Below are positions 30,816 through 40,721 of a stretch of DNA of 64,000 nucleotides, piece after piece (position 1 is the stretch's first letter; every line of letters begins with the position of its first letter). The position numbers and the translations under genes are program-made. The notes under the pieces are model-generated. The model was not told where the DNA came from and searched no databases. It worked only from the letters and a program-made list of their open reading frames with translations. The DNA lies in NCBI GenBank assembly GCA_910586605.1, contig CAJUJR010000002.1, forward strand, positions 4,473 to 68,472. Reading direction: 5' to 3'. Origin of the DNA: an uncultured Lachnospiraceae bacterium. Lineage in GTDB: Bacteria; Bacillota; Clostridia; Lachnospirales; Lachnospiraceae.

Positions 30816-30836
30816 GATGATTGCTGTAATTACGAT

Positions 30837-30870
30837 AAAAAGAGGGAATGCACAGGCATTTCCTCTTTTT
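30837..30870. terminator. Bidirectional intrinsic terminator between convergent operons
   Basis: AAAAAGAGGGAATGC-ACAG-GCATTTCCTCTTTTT. Confidence 0.8.
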
Positions 30871-30873
30871 AGG

Positions 30874-33558
30874 TTATATATCATTTTCAGTTGTGTTGAT
30901 ATAGTAGGAAAATCCAATTGTCCCAATGCCCGTACTGCATGCAATTGAAACAGATGTACGTTGCACAATTACACGTTTAAAGGGATAATGGCGTTTGATT
31001 TCCCGGCGTATTAAGTCCAATTGCTCTACAGTGCAGCCTGCATGGGAAATAAATATGATATCGCTGCTTATCCTTTTTTTATGTAGTAAATGCCAGTGGA
31101 TAAAACGTTTCCAGGCATTTTCCGTCTTTCCGCACCGGATGCCGCAGATACCTATCCTGCTTTGGCTGATTTTCAAAGTAGGGTGCAGCCTGAACATTTC
31201 ACATATTTTTGCCATTGTTTTGCTTGTATAGCCATGTTGTTGGAAAATAGTAGCGCTTGGCATCATAAAGTGGCTTTCTATTTTTTTCTTTATTTTTTCC
31301 ACCATATGGCAGATTTCACTGCCAGCATAACCTTCTAAAGCAAGTTTGGCAGCGTACAACACGATAAGGCTCTGCCCGCCTGAAACCAGACCCGAATCAA
31401 TGACTCGTACATGGTCAAAGCCGCGTGCCGCCATAAGGGCAGCCTCATAGCTATTTCCTACGTACTTTGCCATAGAAATATGGATTATTTGTTCAGCCTG
31501 TGTCAGCATGTCCGCAAAAAAGGCTTCATATTCTTCTACCGAAGCACTGGTTGCCACAGCAGCGCTGGTTGTTTCTGTTACATACTGGTTTAGGCTGTCT
31601 GTGGCGATTTCCCATGTATCAGCAAAACGTCCGTTTTCTGTATTTATATAGAGGTACATAATACCGATATCGTACTTTTCGATATAGTGGTCTGGCAAAT
31701 CGCTGACACAATCAGTTGTAATATAAATTTTTTTCCGTTTGTGGTGGGAGATTTTCTGGATTTCCATTTTGGTTCCCGCTTCATTTGGGATTTTACGGTA
31801 TTCCACTATATCTTCAGGGATAAACTTCAATATTTCTGTTTCTAAAGCCATTCCCTGGATTGGCTTTTCAAGGTATCCGTCAAAAGCTTCCTCTAAAAGG
31901 TCTTGCCCTGCTTCTGTGACAGAACTTGCCGACAAGACGATAATTGCAGTGTCACGGCATAGGCCGTTCTCCTGCTTGCGGAGTTGCCGGAGTGTTTCGA
32001 CGCCATTCATTTCTGGCATCATATAATCAAGGAGGATTACATGGTAATACTTTCTTTTGGTCATTTCCAGGCATTCTGCACCGCTTTGGGCAGTGTCTAT
32101 CTGTAGTTTGGTTTCCTTTAGGAGCTGGCATTCTACCATAGTGTTCATTGGGTTGTCATCTACAATAAGGATACGTGCTTCTGGGGCTTCAAAGCTTTTT
32201 TCGTAAAGTTCAGAGTCCAGTCTTTTGCGCGATAGGAAGGTAATATTCCCAACAGGCGTTTTATCTATAATTTGCTGTGAAAGCAAGACAGTAAAAACAG
32301 AGCCTTTTGTATAAATACTGTCAACTGTAATTTCACCTTCCATTAAATCTACAAGCTGCTTTGTGATAGAAAGCCCAAGCCCGCTCCCTTCTATTTTCAT
32401 ATTCCGTTTTACATCTGCCCTGCGGAAGGCATCATATAGATACTGTAGGTTTTCTTTTCGGATTCCAATCCCGGTATCTGTCACAGAAATTTTCAGGCAA
32501 ACCTTTCCATCTGTTATGGACTCGGCGCGGGCAGAGAGTGTTACCGAACCGGTTTCAGTATATTTAGCTGCATTTGTCAGTAGATTTAAAAGTACTTGGC
32601 TAATCCTTTTCACATCCCCATAGAGGACAGATGGCAGGTTTTCATCAATATCTACTTGGAATCCCAGCTTTTTTTCAGCCAGGCGTACCTGTATCATATC
32701 AATCAGGTTTCCGAATAAATCTTCTGTATTGTATTCAATGGGGATTATTTCCATCTTTTTCATTTCAATCTGGGAAAGGTCTAAAATATCATTTACCAAG
32801 TTGAGTAACATTTTACTGGCATTTTGTATATTTTTGGCATAATCCCAAGTTGCATTTTCCTGGCTTTCCCGCAGAATCATTTCATTTAGCCCGATAATAG
32901 TATTGATTGGGGTACGGATTTCGTGGCTCATGCTGGCAAAAAAGTTGTTTTTTGCATCGCTCATCTTTTCAAGTTCTTCTTGCTGCTTTTTCGTAACATC
33001 TTGCTCAATATAAAACATCCTTGATTGCGCTTTTAAAATAATGCCGCCGGCAAAGCCTACTGCGAGCATAGCAAAAACAGAATCAAGAAAAGCGGCAGCT
33101 CGGGAATCCATAGGCGTAATTGCTTCAGGATGGTAATATCCGTAAAGATAGGTAAAGGCATCAACCACAAGTGACAGAATCAGGAAAAACATAAGTTTTT
33201 TACCAGAAAACATTAAAAAAATATAAAAAATCCCAAGGGAAAACCAGAGCACGGAACCGCCTTCCAGACCGCCACTTAAAAAAAACATGGCAGGGAAGAC
33301 AGCGAGGATAATCAGGAAGCCTACAATGGATGAGGCAAAATTTATTTTCCGGTACTTAAAGGTAGCAAGAAATACAATTCCCATTACAATTAAAAGGACG
33401 AAAAGAGGGATTACAATAATATGGACGTCCATTAGGATAATACATTCGATAATGCCCATTCCTGCAAGGCAGATGCCAACCAATATAAGCATCCGGAAAA
33501 TACGTTCCCGCATTTCATAATCCCTTCCGTATATTGTTTCAAACAATTTTTTAAGCAT
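30874..33558 (-). CDS. Hybrid sensor histidine kinase (multi-TM, HisKA-HATPase-REC) with C-terminal DegV domain
   Basis: SHEIRTP, NLLTNAAKY, DTGIGI, GSGLGL, REC LLDYMMP, then a DegV-like region starting IYITTDCVSDL and containing VIDS..VSGG. Confidence 0.85.
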   Translation of the reverse strand: MLKKLFETIYGRDYEMRERIFRMLILVGICLAGMGIIECIILMDVHIIVIPLFVLLIVMGIVFLATFKYRKINFASSIVGFLIILAVFPAMFFLSGGLEGGSVLWFSLGIFYIFLMFSGKKLMFFLILSLVVDAFTYLYGYYHPEAITPMDSRAAAFLDSVFAMLAVGFAGGIILKAQSRMFYIEQDVTKKQQEELEKMSDAKNNFFASMSHEIRTPINTIIGLNEMILRESQENATWDYAKNIQNASKMLLNLVNDILDLSQIEMKKMEIIPIEYNTEDLFGNLIDMIQVRLAEKKLGFQVDIDENLPSVLYGDVKRISQVLLNLLTNAAKYTETGSVTLSARAESITDGKVCLKISVTDTGIGIRKENLQYLYDAFRRADVKRNMKIEGSGLGLSITKQLVDLMEGEITVDSIYTKGSVFTVLLSQQIIDKTPVGNITFLSRKRLDSELYEKSFEAPEARILIVDDNPMNTMVECQLLKETKLQIDTAQSGAECLEMTKRKYYHVILLDYMMPEMNGVETLRQLRKQENGLCRDTAIIVLSASSVTEAGQDLLEEAFDGYLEKPIQGMALETEILKFIPEDIVEYRKIPNEAGTKMEIQKISHHKRKKIYITTDCVSDLPDHYIEKYDIGIMYLYINTENGRFADTWEIATDSLNQYVTETTSAAVATSASVEEYEAFFADMLTQAEQIIHISMAKYVGNSYEAALMAARGFDHVRVIDSGLVSGGQSLIVLYAAKLALEGYAGSEICHMVEKIKKKIESHFMMPSATIFQQHGYTSKTMAKICEMFRLHPTLKISQSRIGICGIRCGKTENAWKRFIHWHLLHKKRISSDIIFISHAGCTVEQLDLIRREIKRHYPFKRVIVQRTSVSIACSTGIGTIGFSYYINTTENDI

Positions 33559-36421
33559 TTGCAGAGCCCCCCTCTGTTTTGTTTGTTAAACTGTGCCAAA
33601 TATCGCTTAAAGCATCAAATGCTGGCATATAATCAGACATTTCAATTTTTTTCCTGATAGGTTTTAGCTTTTCTGCCAGTGCAGTTCCACAATACTGGTA
33701 TTCCTGTAATTTAGCCAGGGCTGCAAGCATCTGTTCCCCATCCAGGGAATACACATAGTCTTCCATCTCTGCCAGGATCTGGCGGAAGGTAGCGTCATCA
33801 AGTTCAGGAAGGATATTGGGTTCATTTTTAATAGCAGCATTGTTTTGCTGTTCACCGGTGTGTTTTTCAGAAGTTGTTTTTTGGGTTGGTACATGGGAAA
33901 GGAAAGGGCATCGCCTAAGCTCGCCGGCTACCCTGTGATATTCTGCAATCATATCCTGATGATGGTTTAGAATATATGGGATATCTTCTTTTTTCCCGGC
34001 ATCTTCTAAAGCCTTTGCCTTTTCGGAAAGGGTGTTGGCGCCTATACTCTTCATAATGCTTTTTAATGCATGGACTTTGATAGTATAATCTTTCCAGTCC
34101 TGATTTTGGAACAAAGTTTCTAGTTCTTGCCGTTTTTCTTCCGCTTGGCTGTAATACATCTCCAAAACATTTAGATATTGCTGCCGTCCGCCGCAGTATA
34201 ACATGCCCTGCTGTACATTGAAATCCCCAATCACGAGTTCTCCTGTATCTGAGCTGTCATTTTTGCTCTCTGGATTGGGCAAGGCTGTAATATTTCTTTC
34301 TGTGCCTGCCATAGGATTATTAGCATTGTTGCTGTTGCTTGCCGTTTCTTTTTGCTGGAAAATTATTTTTTCACTTGGGAGATTTCTCTTTAGGACGCGT
34401 TCCAGTACTGATATTTCCACTGGTTTTGCGAGGAAATCATCAAATCCCTCTTCCAGAAACATTTCCCTGTTGCCTGGAGCCGCGTTTGCAGTCAGGGCAA
34501 TAATTGGTGTTTTCTGGTAATAGACGCCTGCTTTCTTACGGATTCGGTGCATTGTCTCAACGCCGTCCATTTCTGGCATCATATGATCCATAAATACAAA
34601 GTCGTAGCACATATTTTCGATAACTTCCAGTGCTTCATGCCCGCTGGAGGCATAGGTTACTTTGATTTGGTAATCTTTTAAAAGCCCTTCAATGACACGC
34701 ATATTCATTGTGTTATCATCAACAACAAGGATATGGGCATCTGGTGCAATAAATTTTCCGGGACGTACCAAATGCCTGCCATCCCAGTCTCCTCTGCTTC
34801 CGTTTAGGATCGTAATGACTGGCAGTATATAAAATGGTTTATAAAGACGTATAATATCAGGGCTTGCAATGTATTTTTCACTATTGCGCTCAATAACGGC
34901 AATAACCCTGGTATGTCTTGCCAGCCTGTCAAAATATGCAGTGTCTTCCCTGTATTCTTCCAGGCTGATAAAAATATGGCTGAACGGCGCCAGTTTTTCA
35001 CGGCGTTTCAGTTCTGCAAGGTTACGGCAGACGTGGCATTTTACTTTAAGCTGTTGTACCATATGTATAATAAATTTTGAATATTCATCACGGACGGTCA
35101 GCATATCAAACTGTTCCATATCAAAGTAAGTGGCTATATTAAGGCTTTCCCGGTTGTTTAGCTGCCCAATCGGTTTTTCATTTAATACTTTTTGTGGGAT
35201 GACAAAGCGGAAAATGCTGCCTTTGCCTAAACGGCTCCGTACAGTGATTGTTCCGCCCATTTTCAGGATTAACGCCCTGGAAATGGCAAGGCCTAGGCCA
35301 ATGCCGCCTTTCAGGCGGTTTCTTCTGGTGTCTAACTGGCAGAAACGTTCAAAAAGTTTTTCCAGGCTTTCTTCGCTCATGCCGATTCCGGTATCTTTTA
35401 CCGATACACAAAGGTTGATGCCATAATCTTCTTTCCGAAAGCTGATATTAATGAGAATGCCGCCTTCGTTTGTAAATTTAATAGCATTGTCTACCAGGTT
35501 CATGATAACACGGCGTATTTTCTTTTCATCCCCTAAAAGTTCACATGGGATCTCTGTATTGCAGTCTACAATCAATTCAAGCGGTTTGTCGCCTTTCCGC
35601 GCCACTGCCATATTTATGATATCGTTTATCGTAGAAGAAATGTTGTAAGCTTCTTCCTCCAAATCCATCTTTCCTTGTTGGAGCTGGGAGAAATCCAGGA
35701 TATCGCTGACAAGAGCCATCAGGTTATGCCCGGCGTCGCGGATATCAAACACTTCTTCACGGAGTTTGCCTAAACTATGTTCCCGCAAAGCCATTTCACT
35801 CATTCCACAAATGGTATTTACTGGTGTACGGATTTCATGGCTGACGTTTGCGAGGAAGTCATCTTTGCTCTGCTCTGCTTCAACAAGTGCATCAATGACC
35901 TGATACATTTCTGAATTATCCCGGTTTCGTTTTTTAATCCAGATATAAATAATAAACTCCAGGCAGAGGATATTGCCGGTTTGAGGAAGCAGGTTAAAGA
36001 GCGTTTCTTTGGACGCTATGGAAAAGTTATCAGTAACTATCCCATGATAGAATAGAATATAAAACAGTGAAATAAGGGTGAGGCATTGAAGTTTTGCAGA
36101 ACCATAAAAAGAAATAAGGACAGTGAGTACCATAAAGGTAGGGATTATGGCATGCAAATCTTCTGTATGCGCTGCATATAGGATAATATTTAGTTGTATC
36201 AAAAGAGCTGTAATGGCTGTCCTTGTCCGGAATGTTTTATATCTGCTTAAAAATATTACCCAGGCGGCTAAGGAAGATATAAAAAGGCAGAGTGGAATCC
36301 AGGCGGCCTGTCCCTGGCGTATTACGCTAATACACAAATTAATGCTATACAGGCTGAAAAAAATAGCGACAAAACGTTCAATATTTTTCTGGTTTTGCTT
36401 ACTTTGGTTGAAATATTCCAA
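33551..36421 (-). CDS. Hybrid sensor histidine kinase with REC and Hpt domains
   Basis: SHEIRTP, NLVDNAIKF, DTGIG, FMDHMMP, Hpt motif VHALKS. TTG start with AAGGAGG RBS. Confidence 0.88.
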   Translation of the reverse strand: MEYFNQSKQNQKNIERFVAIFFSLYSINLCISVIRQGQAAWIPLCLFISSLAAWVIFLSRYKTFRTRTAITALLIQLNIILYAAHTEDLHAIIPTFMVLTVLISFYGSAKLQCLTLISLFYILFYHGIVTDNFSIASKETLFNLLPQTGNILCLEFIIYIWIKKRNRDNSEMYQVIDALVEAEQSKDDFLANVSHEIRTPVNTICGMSEMALREHSLGKLREEVFDIRDAGHNLMALVSDILDFSQLQQGKMDLEEEAYNISSTINDIINMAVARKGDKPLELIVDCNTEIPCELLGDEKKIRRVIMNLVDNAIKFTNEGGILINISFRKEDYGINLCVSVKDTGIGMSEESLEKLFERFCQLDTRRNRLKGGIGLGLAISRALILKMGGTITVRSRLGKGSIFRFVIPQKVLNEKPIGQLNNRESLNIATYFDMEQFDMLTVRDEYSKFIIHMVQQLKVKCHVCRNLAELKRREKLAPFSHIFISLEEYREDTAYFDRLARHTRVIAVIERNSEKYIASPDIIRLYKPFYILPVITILNGSRGDWDGRHLVRPGKFIAPDAHILVVDDNTMNMRVIEGLLKDYQIKVTYASSGHEALEVIENMCYDFVFMDHMMPEMDGVETMHRIRKKAGVYYQKTPIIALTANAAPGNREMFLEEGFDDFLAKPVEISVLERVLKRNLPSEKIIFQQKETASNSNNANNPMAGTERNITALPNPESKNDSSDTGELVIGDFNVQQGMLYCGGRQQYLNVLEMYYSQAEEKRQELETLFQNQDWKDYTIKVHALKSIMKSIGANTLSEKAKALEDAGKKEDIPYILNHHQDMIAEYHRVAGELRRCPFLSHVPTQKTTSEKHTGEQQNNAAIKNEPNILPELDDATFRQILAEMEDYVYSLDGEQMLAALAKLQEYQYCGTALAEKLKPIRKKIEMSDYMPAFDALSDIWHSLTNKTEGGSANA

Positions 36422-36450
36422 AAAGAATCCCTCCTTGCTTCAAACACACT

Positions 36451-37527
36451 CTAGTGTAGCTGGCGGTAAATCATCCGTAAGATTTGGTAGATTTCAGGGT
36501 TGAATTTTTTCCCAGAATCGTCATCCATAATTTTTAAAGCGTTTTCTATTGTATAAGATCCACGGTAAACACGTTTTTCTGTAATGGCGCAGTATTCGCT
36601 GATTACAGAAACGATTTGTGCAGACAGGGGGATTTCATTGCCCTTTATTCCATAAGGATAACCGCTTCCATCCCAGTTCTCATGATGGTATTTCGCTACA
36701 TCAATAGACATTTTAAGGAAATCATTATAATCCCCAGTGTCATGGATGTCTTGGAGGATTTTAGCGCCGATTGTGGTATGCGTATGTATTGCTGCAGTAT
36801 CTTCTGGTGAAAGGGTTTCCTTTTTCTGGAGGATTTCTGTTGGGATTGCCACATTCCCTAAATCGCAGAGCGGCGCCGCCAGCTCAATTGTATCAATATA
36901 AGAATTGGAAATTAAATGGCCGAATTCCGCAGATAATTGCATTGCCTCAGCCAGTACCCTGCAGTTATAACAGAGACGTTCCATATGGTTTTCATCATAG
37001 CAGGCATTTTCCCTTGCTACGCGGATTAAGGCGTATAAGACATTTTTCTTTTCCATTTCCAGTTGGCGGAGCTGTTCGTTGACAGATGTCTGTAGGAGAC
37101 GGTTTATCTCCAGGAGCTGGGTATTTGCCTCATGCAGCCTTAAATGGAGTTTTACCCGTGCTTTTACAACTTCTGGGATAAATGGTTTTGTAATATAATC
37201 TTCACCGCCAATATTAAAACCTTCTACAATATCGGCGGGGTCGTCAAAAGCAGAAATAAAGATAATTGGAATCATCTTTGTTTCTTCTTTTTCTTTCATT
37301 CTTTTGCAAAATTCATGCCCATCCATTTCTGGCATCGCGATGTCCAGGATGATTAGGTTTGGATGGAGCCTGCTGGTTATTTTCATTGCCTGTACGCCGT
37401 TTTCAGCCAAAATTGGCTGATGTCCCATTTCCTGGACGATATCCCGGAGGACAAACCGGTTTGTATCAACATCGTCTACAATCAGAACTTTTGCAGCATC
37501 TTTTATCTTAATATTTTCCTGAGCCAT
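36451..37527 (-). CDS. RpfG-like response regulator (REC + degenerate HD-GYP)
   Basis: REC (VDD, LDIAMP, KPF) and HHENWDGSGYP, but the HD motif reads LCDLGN. Confidence 0.85.
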   Translation of the reverse strand: MAQENIKIKDAAKVLIVDDVDTNRFVLRDIVQEMGHQPILAENGVQAMKITSRLHPNLIILDIAMPEMDGHEFCKRMKEKEETKMIPIIFISAFDDPADIVEGFNIGGEDYITKPFIPEVVKARVKLHLRLHEANTQLLEINRLLQTSVNEQLRQLEMEKKNVLYALIRVARENACYDENHMERLCYNCRVLAEAMQLSAEFGHLISNSYIDTIELAAPLCDLGNVAIPTEILQKKETLSPEDTAAIHTHTTIGAKILQDIHDTGDYNDFLKMSIDVAKYHHENWDGSGYPYGIKGNEIPLSAQIVSVISEYCAITEKRVYRGSYTIENALKIMDDDSGKKFNPEIYQILRMIYRQLH

Positions 37528-37793
37528 TTTTTATCTCCTGCTATATAATTTACTATCAAAAGATTACCATTATTTTAAGGTTATTTCAAGCTGTTTCAAG
37601 GTTTCTGCCCCTTTAATTTTATTTTAATTTTTTGTGAAAGCGGGAGTCCCTGGATTTAAGTATTTATGTAGTTGCAAGATTTTGGTTTTTTTCTGGAAAT
37701 TGGTTGTAATAAGGTGCATTTTAGCTTTCTTTATGTTACTATTTAAGGTATTGCTATATTTAGTGTTTTTGGGTAAAGAAAGGAGCAAAGCAA

Positions 37794-38810
37794 ATGAAGG
37801 CAAAGCAGTTAATTGGGATAATTATTACAGGGATTGTTGTGATTGCTGTCGGGATAACAGGCGTCGCATCAAATGTCATAGCTGGGAAAGTGCTGGAAAA
37901 AACAACAAAAGAGACAAGTTCTTTCCTGGAAGGCTTTGTAGGCAGTACGATAGAAAGCAAAGTGACGCTTCCGGCGGAGGAATTTATTGGGGTAATCAAT
38001 GTTGTAGGGGAAATCGGGGAAGGTACTTCCAATACATGGGGCTCTTCCGGTCAATATAACCATAATTTGTATATGAATTATATTGAACAGATGGAAAACT
38101 CATCGCTTAATAAGGGCATCCTTTTGTATGTGGATAGCCCAGGCGGTGCAGTTTACCAGTCGGATGAGCTTTATCAGAAGCTGATGGAATACAAAGAAGT
38201 AACAAACCGCCCTGTCTGGGCATATTTTGCATCCCAAGCGTGTTCAGGGGGATATTATATTGCAATGGCGGCAGATAAAATCTATGCAAACAGAAACTGT
38301 TGGACAGGATCAATTGGAGTTATTATTTCGTTAATGAACTGTAAGGGCTTATATGACAAGCTGGGAATTAAGGAAATTGATATTACAAGTGGGAAGAATA
38401 AGGCAATGGGTTCTGCTGGGCTGGATTTGACAGAGGAGCAGTATAATATTTTGCAGTCGCTTGTGGATGAGGCATATAGCCAATTTATTGAGATTGTCTG
38501 CGATGGGCGTGACATGGATGAAAAAACAGTCCGTTCTCTTGCAGATGGCAGGCTTTATTCTGCGCTACAGGCGAAAGAGAAGAGGATGATTGATGAGATT
38601 GGTTCTCTGGAAGATGGGAAGCTTGCAATGATACAGGAGTCAGGATGTGATGGGGATATTCTATTTTTTGCGCCAGAAAGCAGTGTAAAAAGCTTGTTTA
38701 GTACTGTTTTTGGGGCAGTAAAAGATATTATGCCAAAATCGGAAGTGGAACTTGCAACGGATATTGTGGAAAATAAAGGAAATGGGGTGCTGAAATATTA
38801 TGCAAAATAG
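37794..38810 (+). CDS. sppA: Signal peptide peptidase SppA (S49)
   Basis: DSPGG, ACSGGYYIA, TGSIGV, SGKNK, ADGRLY. Confidence 0.92.
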   Translation: MKAKQLIGIIITGIVVIAVGITGVASNVIAGKVLEKTTKETSSFLEGFVGSTIESKVTLPAEEFIGVINVVGEIGEGTSNTWGSSGQYNHNLYMNYIEQMENSSLNKGILLYVDSPGGAVYQSDELYQKLMEYKEVTNRPVWAYFASQACSGGYYIAMAADKIYANRNCWTGSIGVIISLMNCKGLYDKLGIKEIDITSGKNKAMGSAGLDLTEEQYNILQSLVDEAYSQFIEIVCDGRDMDEKTVRSLADGRLYSALQAKEKRMIDEIGSLEDGKLAMIQESGCDGDILFFAPESSVKSLFSTVFGAVKDIMPKSEVELATDIVENKGNGVLKYYAK

Positions 38811-39501
38811 CAGGGACCAACAGGTATATGCCGGTTTCTTTGTCCGCCTAGCCGCATATTTTATTGATTGCATTATTGTAGGGGCAGCTTTGATGGCCAT
38901 CAGGATTCCTGTATGGTTTCTGTCGCTTGGCGGGGCATTCGGCTTTCTTTTGGATGATTTTATTTTTGAATATTCTGTTTATGATATAGTTCTATATTTG
39001 CTGAAAGTAACATATTTTGTTTTGCTGACTTATTTTACAGGCTCAACATTGGGAAAGAAGCTGCTGCAGATTCAGGTGGTCAGCGCAGAAGGGCGTAAGC
39101 CATCATTTTTTGAGATTGCATTCCGGGAAAGTGTTGGAAGGTTTTTATCTGCTTTGATTATTTATGTTGGATATATTATGGTTGGGGCAGATAAACAAAA
39201 GCGTGGGCTGCATGATATTTTAAGTGATACCTGTGTTGTATACCATCACCAGAAAACAGTAGCGATACCTACGCCTGTCACATATAATAATATACCATAT
39301 GCGGTACAGGTGCCGCCGTATCAGGCAGGGGCAGCACAGCAAAACCCTTATATACAGCCTATGGACCGTGCAGGGATGCCGCCGGGTTCGCCGATGCCGC
39401 CGGATTATCCGAAGATGCCGCCGGTACAGGGAGAAGGGAACCGGAAAATGCCGCCACAAGATACTTTGGGAGAAAGGGAATCCTCAAAAACAGAAGATTA
39501 A
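38800..39501 (+). CDS. RDD family membrane protein with Pro-rich tail
   Basis: AGFFVRLAAYFID, TLGKKLL.I.V, KRGLHD..SDT. Confidence 0.88.
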   Translation: MQNSRDQQVYAGFFVRLAAYFIDCIIVGAALMAIRIPVWFLSLGGAFGFLLDDFIFEYSVYDIVLYLLKVTYFVLLTYFTGSTLGKKLLQIQVVSAEGRKPSFFEIAFRESVGRFLSALIIYVGYIMVGADKQKRGLHDILSDTCVVYHHQKTVAIPTPVTYNNIPYAVQVPPYQAGAAQQNPYIQPMDRAGMPPGSPMPPDYPKMPPVQGEGNRKMPPQDTLGERESSKTED

Positions 39502-39694
39502 ATATTTTTTTAAACACCTTCTGGAAAATGGCCTGATAAATCAAAAAAGCAGGATTTTAAAGGCGTCGTTTTCTTTCAGTGAAAAATGAATAAAAGCGGA
39601 TTATCTGTAAAGAATAGTAACAGATGATATCGTAGCACTCCGATAGAATCGGGGTGCTTTTTCTTTTATTATAAACGAATGGAGGATAACAAGT

Positions 39695-40513
39695 ATGTTT
39701 GAAGAGAAGGAAACATTTTGGAAGAAAAAGGGTTTTTATGCGTCAGCATGTGTCCTGCTGGTAGGAATCATGGCAGTCAGTGCAATTGCTTACAGGAAAT
39801 GGAATTTTGGAACCGGGGGCAATAATAAAATGATGGCCGATATTGCAACGGAGATGCCTGTAGCGACGCCTGCGGCAACGGTACTCCCAAAGCCTTCCGC
39901 AGAAGCTGCCCAGAAAGCGGCACAGGCAAATGCACCAGTAGCTAAGAATAATACATCTGAGGGAGAGAAGGGGAAAAAGAAAGCAAAAAAAGCAGCACAG
40001 GCAGTAAAAAAGGCAGATACGGCGCAGGCAAAGAATAAGGAACCAAAACCAGGCAAGAAAGCAGCAGCAGCTTCTGCCGCAGCACAGACAAAGCTTTCTT
40101 TTAATGAAGAGGCAGGGCTTCTTTGGCCGGTAGAAGGCGATATCCTTTTAAAATATAGCATGAATAACAGTGTGTATTTTAAAACGCTGGCACAGTATAA
40201 ATGTAACCCGGGGGTAGTGATTTCAGCAAAAGAAGGCACAGAGGTCAAGGCAGCGGCTGATTGCCGGGTGACAGATGTAACTAAAGATGATGAACTTGGT
40301 TCTGTTGTAACTACTGATATTGGGAATCAGTATACTGCTTCTTATGGGCAGATTGATAATATTTCAGTCAACAAAGGAGATATATTGAAGGAAGGCGATG
40401 TGATAGGTACAATTGCAAAGCCGACGAAATACTATACAGAGGAAGGCAGTAACCTGTTTTTCCAGATTAAAAATGGAAAAGATACAGTGGATCCAATGCT
40501 TTTGCTTCGCTGA
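39695..40513 (+). CDS. M23/LytM domain membrane protein, SpoIIQ-like (degenerate Zn site)
   Basis: N-terminal KKGFY + TM, WPVEG, GTEVKAAADC.V, VDPM. HxxxD and HxH positions read CNPGV and NLFF. Confidence 0.7.
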   Translation: MFEEKETFWKKKGFYASACVLLVGIMAVSAIAYRKWNFGTGGNNKMMADIATEMPVATPAATVLPKPSAEAAQKAAQANAPVAKNNTSEGEKGKKKAKKAAQAVKKADTAQAKNKEPKPGKKAAAASAAAQTKLSFNEEAGLLWPVEGDILLKYSMNNSVYFKTLAQYKCNPGVVISAKEGTEVKAAADCRVTDVTKDDELGSVVTTDIGNQYTASYGQIDNISVNKGDILKEGDVIGTIAKPTKYYTEEGSNLFFQIKNGKDTVDPMLLLR

Positions 40514-40544
40514 TTCTTTCCTAATATTAAATACCCTGGTTTTC

Positions 40545-40612
40545 CTAGTGCTCCATCCCGTTAGATATTAAGGCCAGCCTTAACTTTAAAATCTAACTGG
40601 ATGGAGCACTAG
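40545..40612. repeat. 68-bp palindromic element with CTAG ends
   Basis: 22-bp IR CTAGTGCTCCATCCCGTTAGAT (40545-40566) / ATCTAACTGGATGGAGCACTAG (40591-40612), 1 mismatch, with an inner TTAAGG/CCTTAA hairpin. Confidence 0.75.
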
Positions 40613-40721
40613 AGCGTGTTTGGAGATTGCTTTGGGCAGGGCTATGGAGAAATAATATAGGTATTTTTTTTCAGTTATTTTTCCATAGTTCTGAGCCAAG
40701 GCTTTTTTATATTATAGGAAA

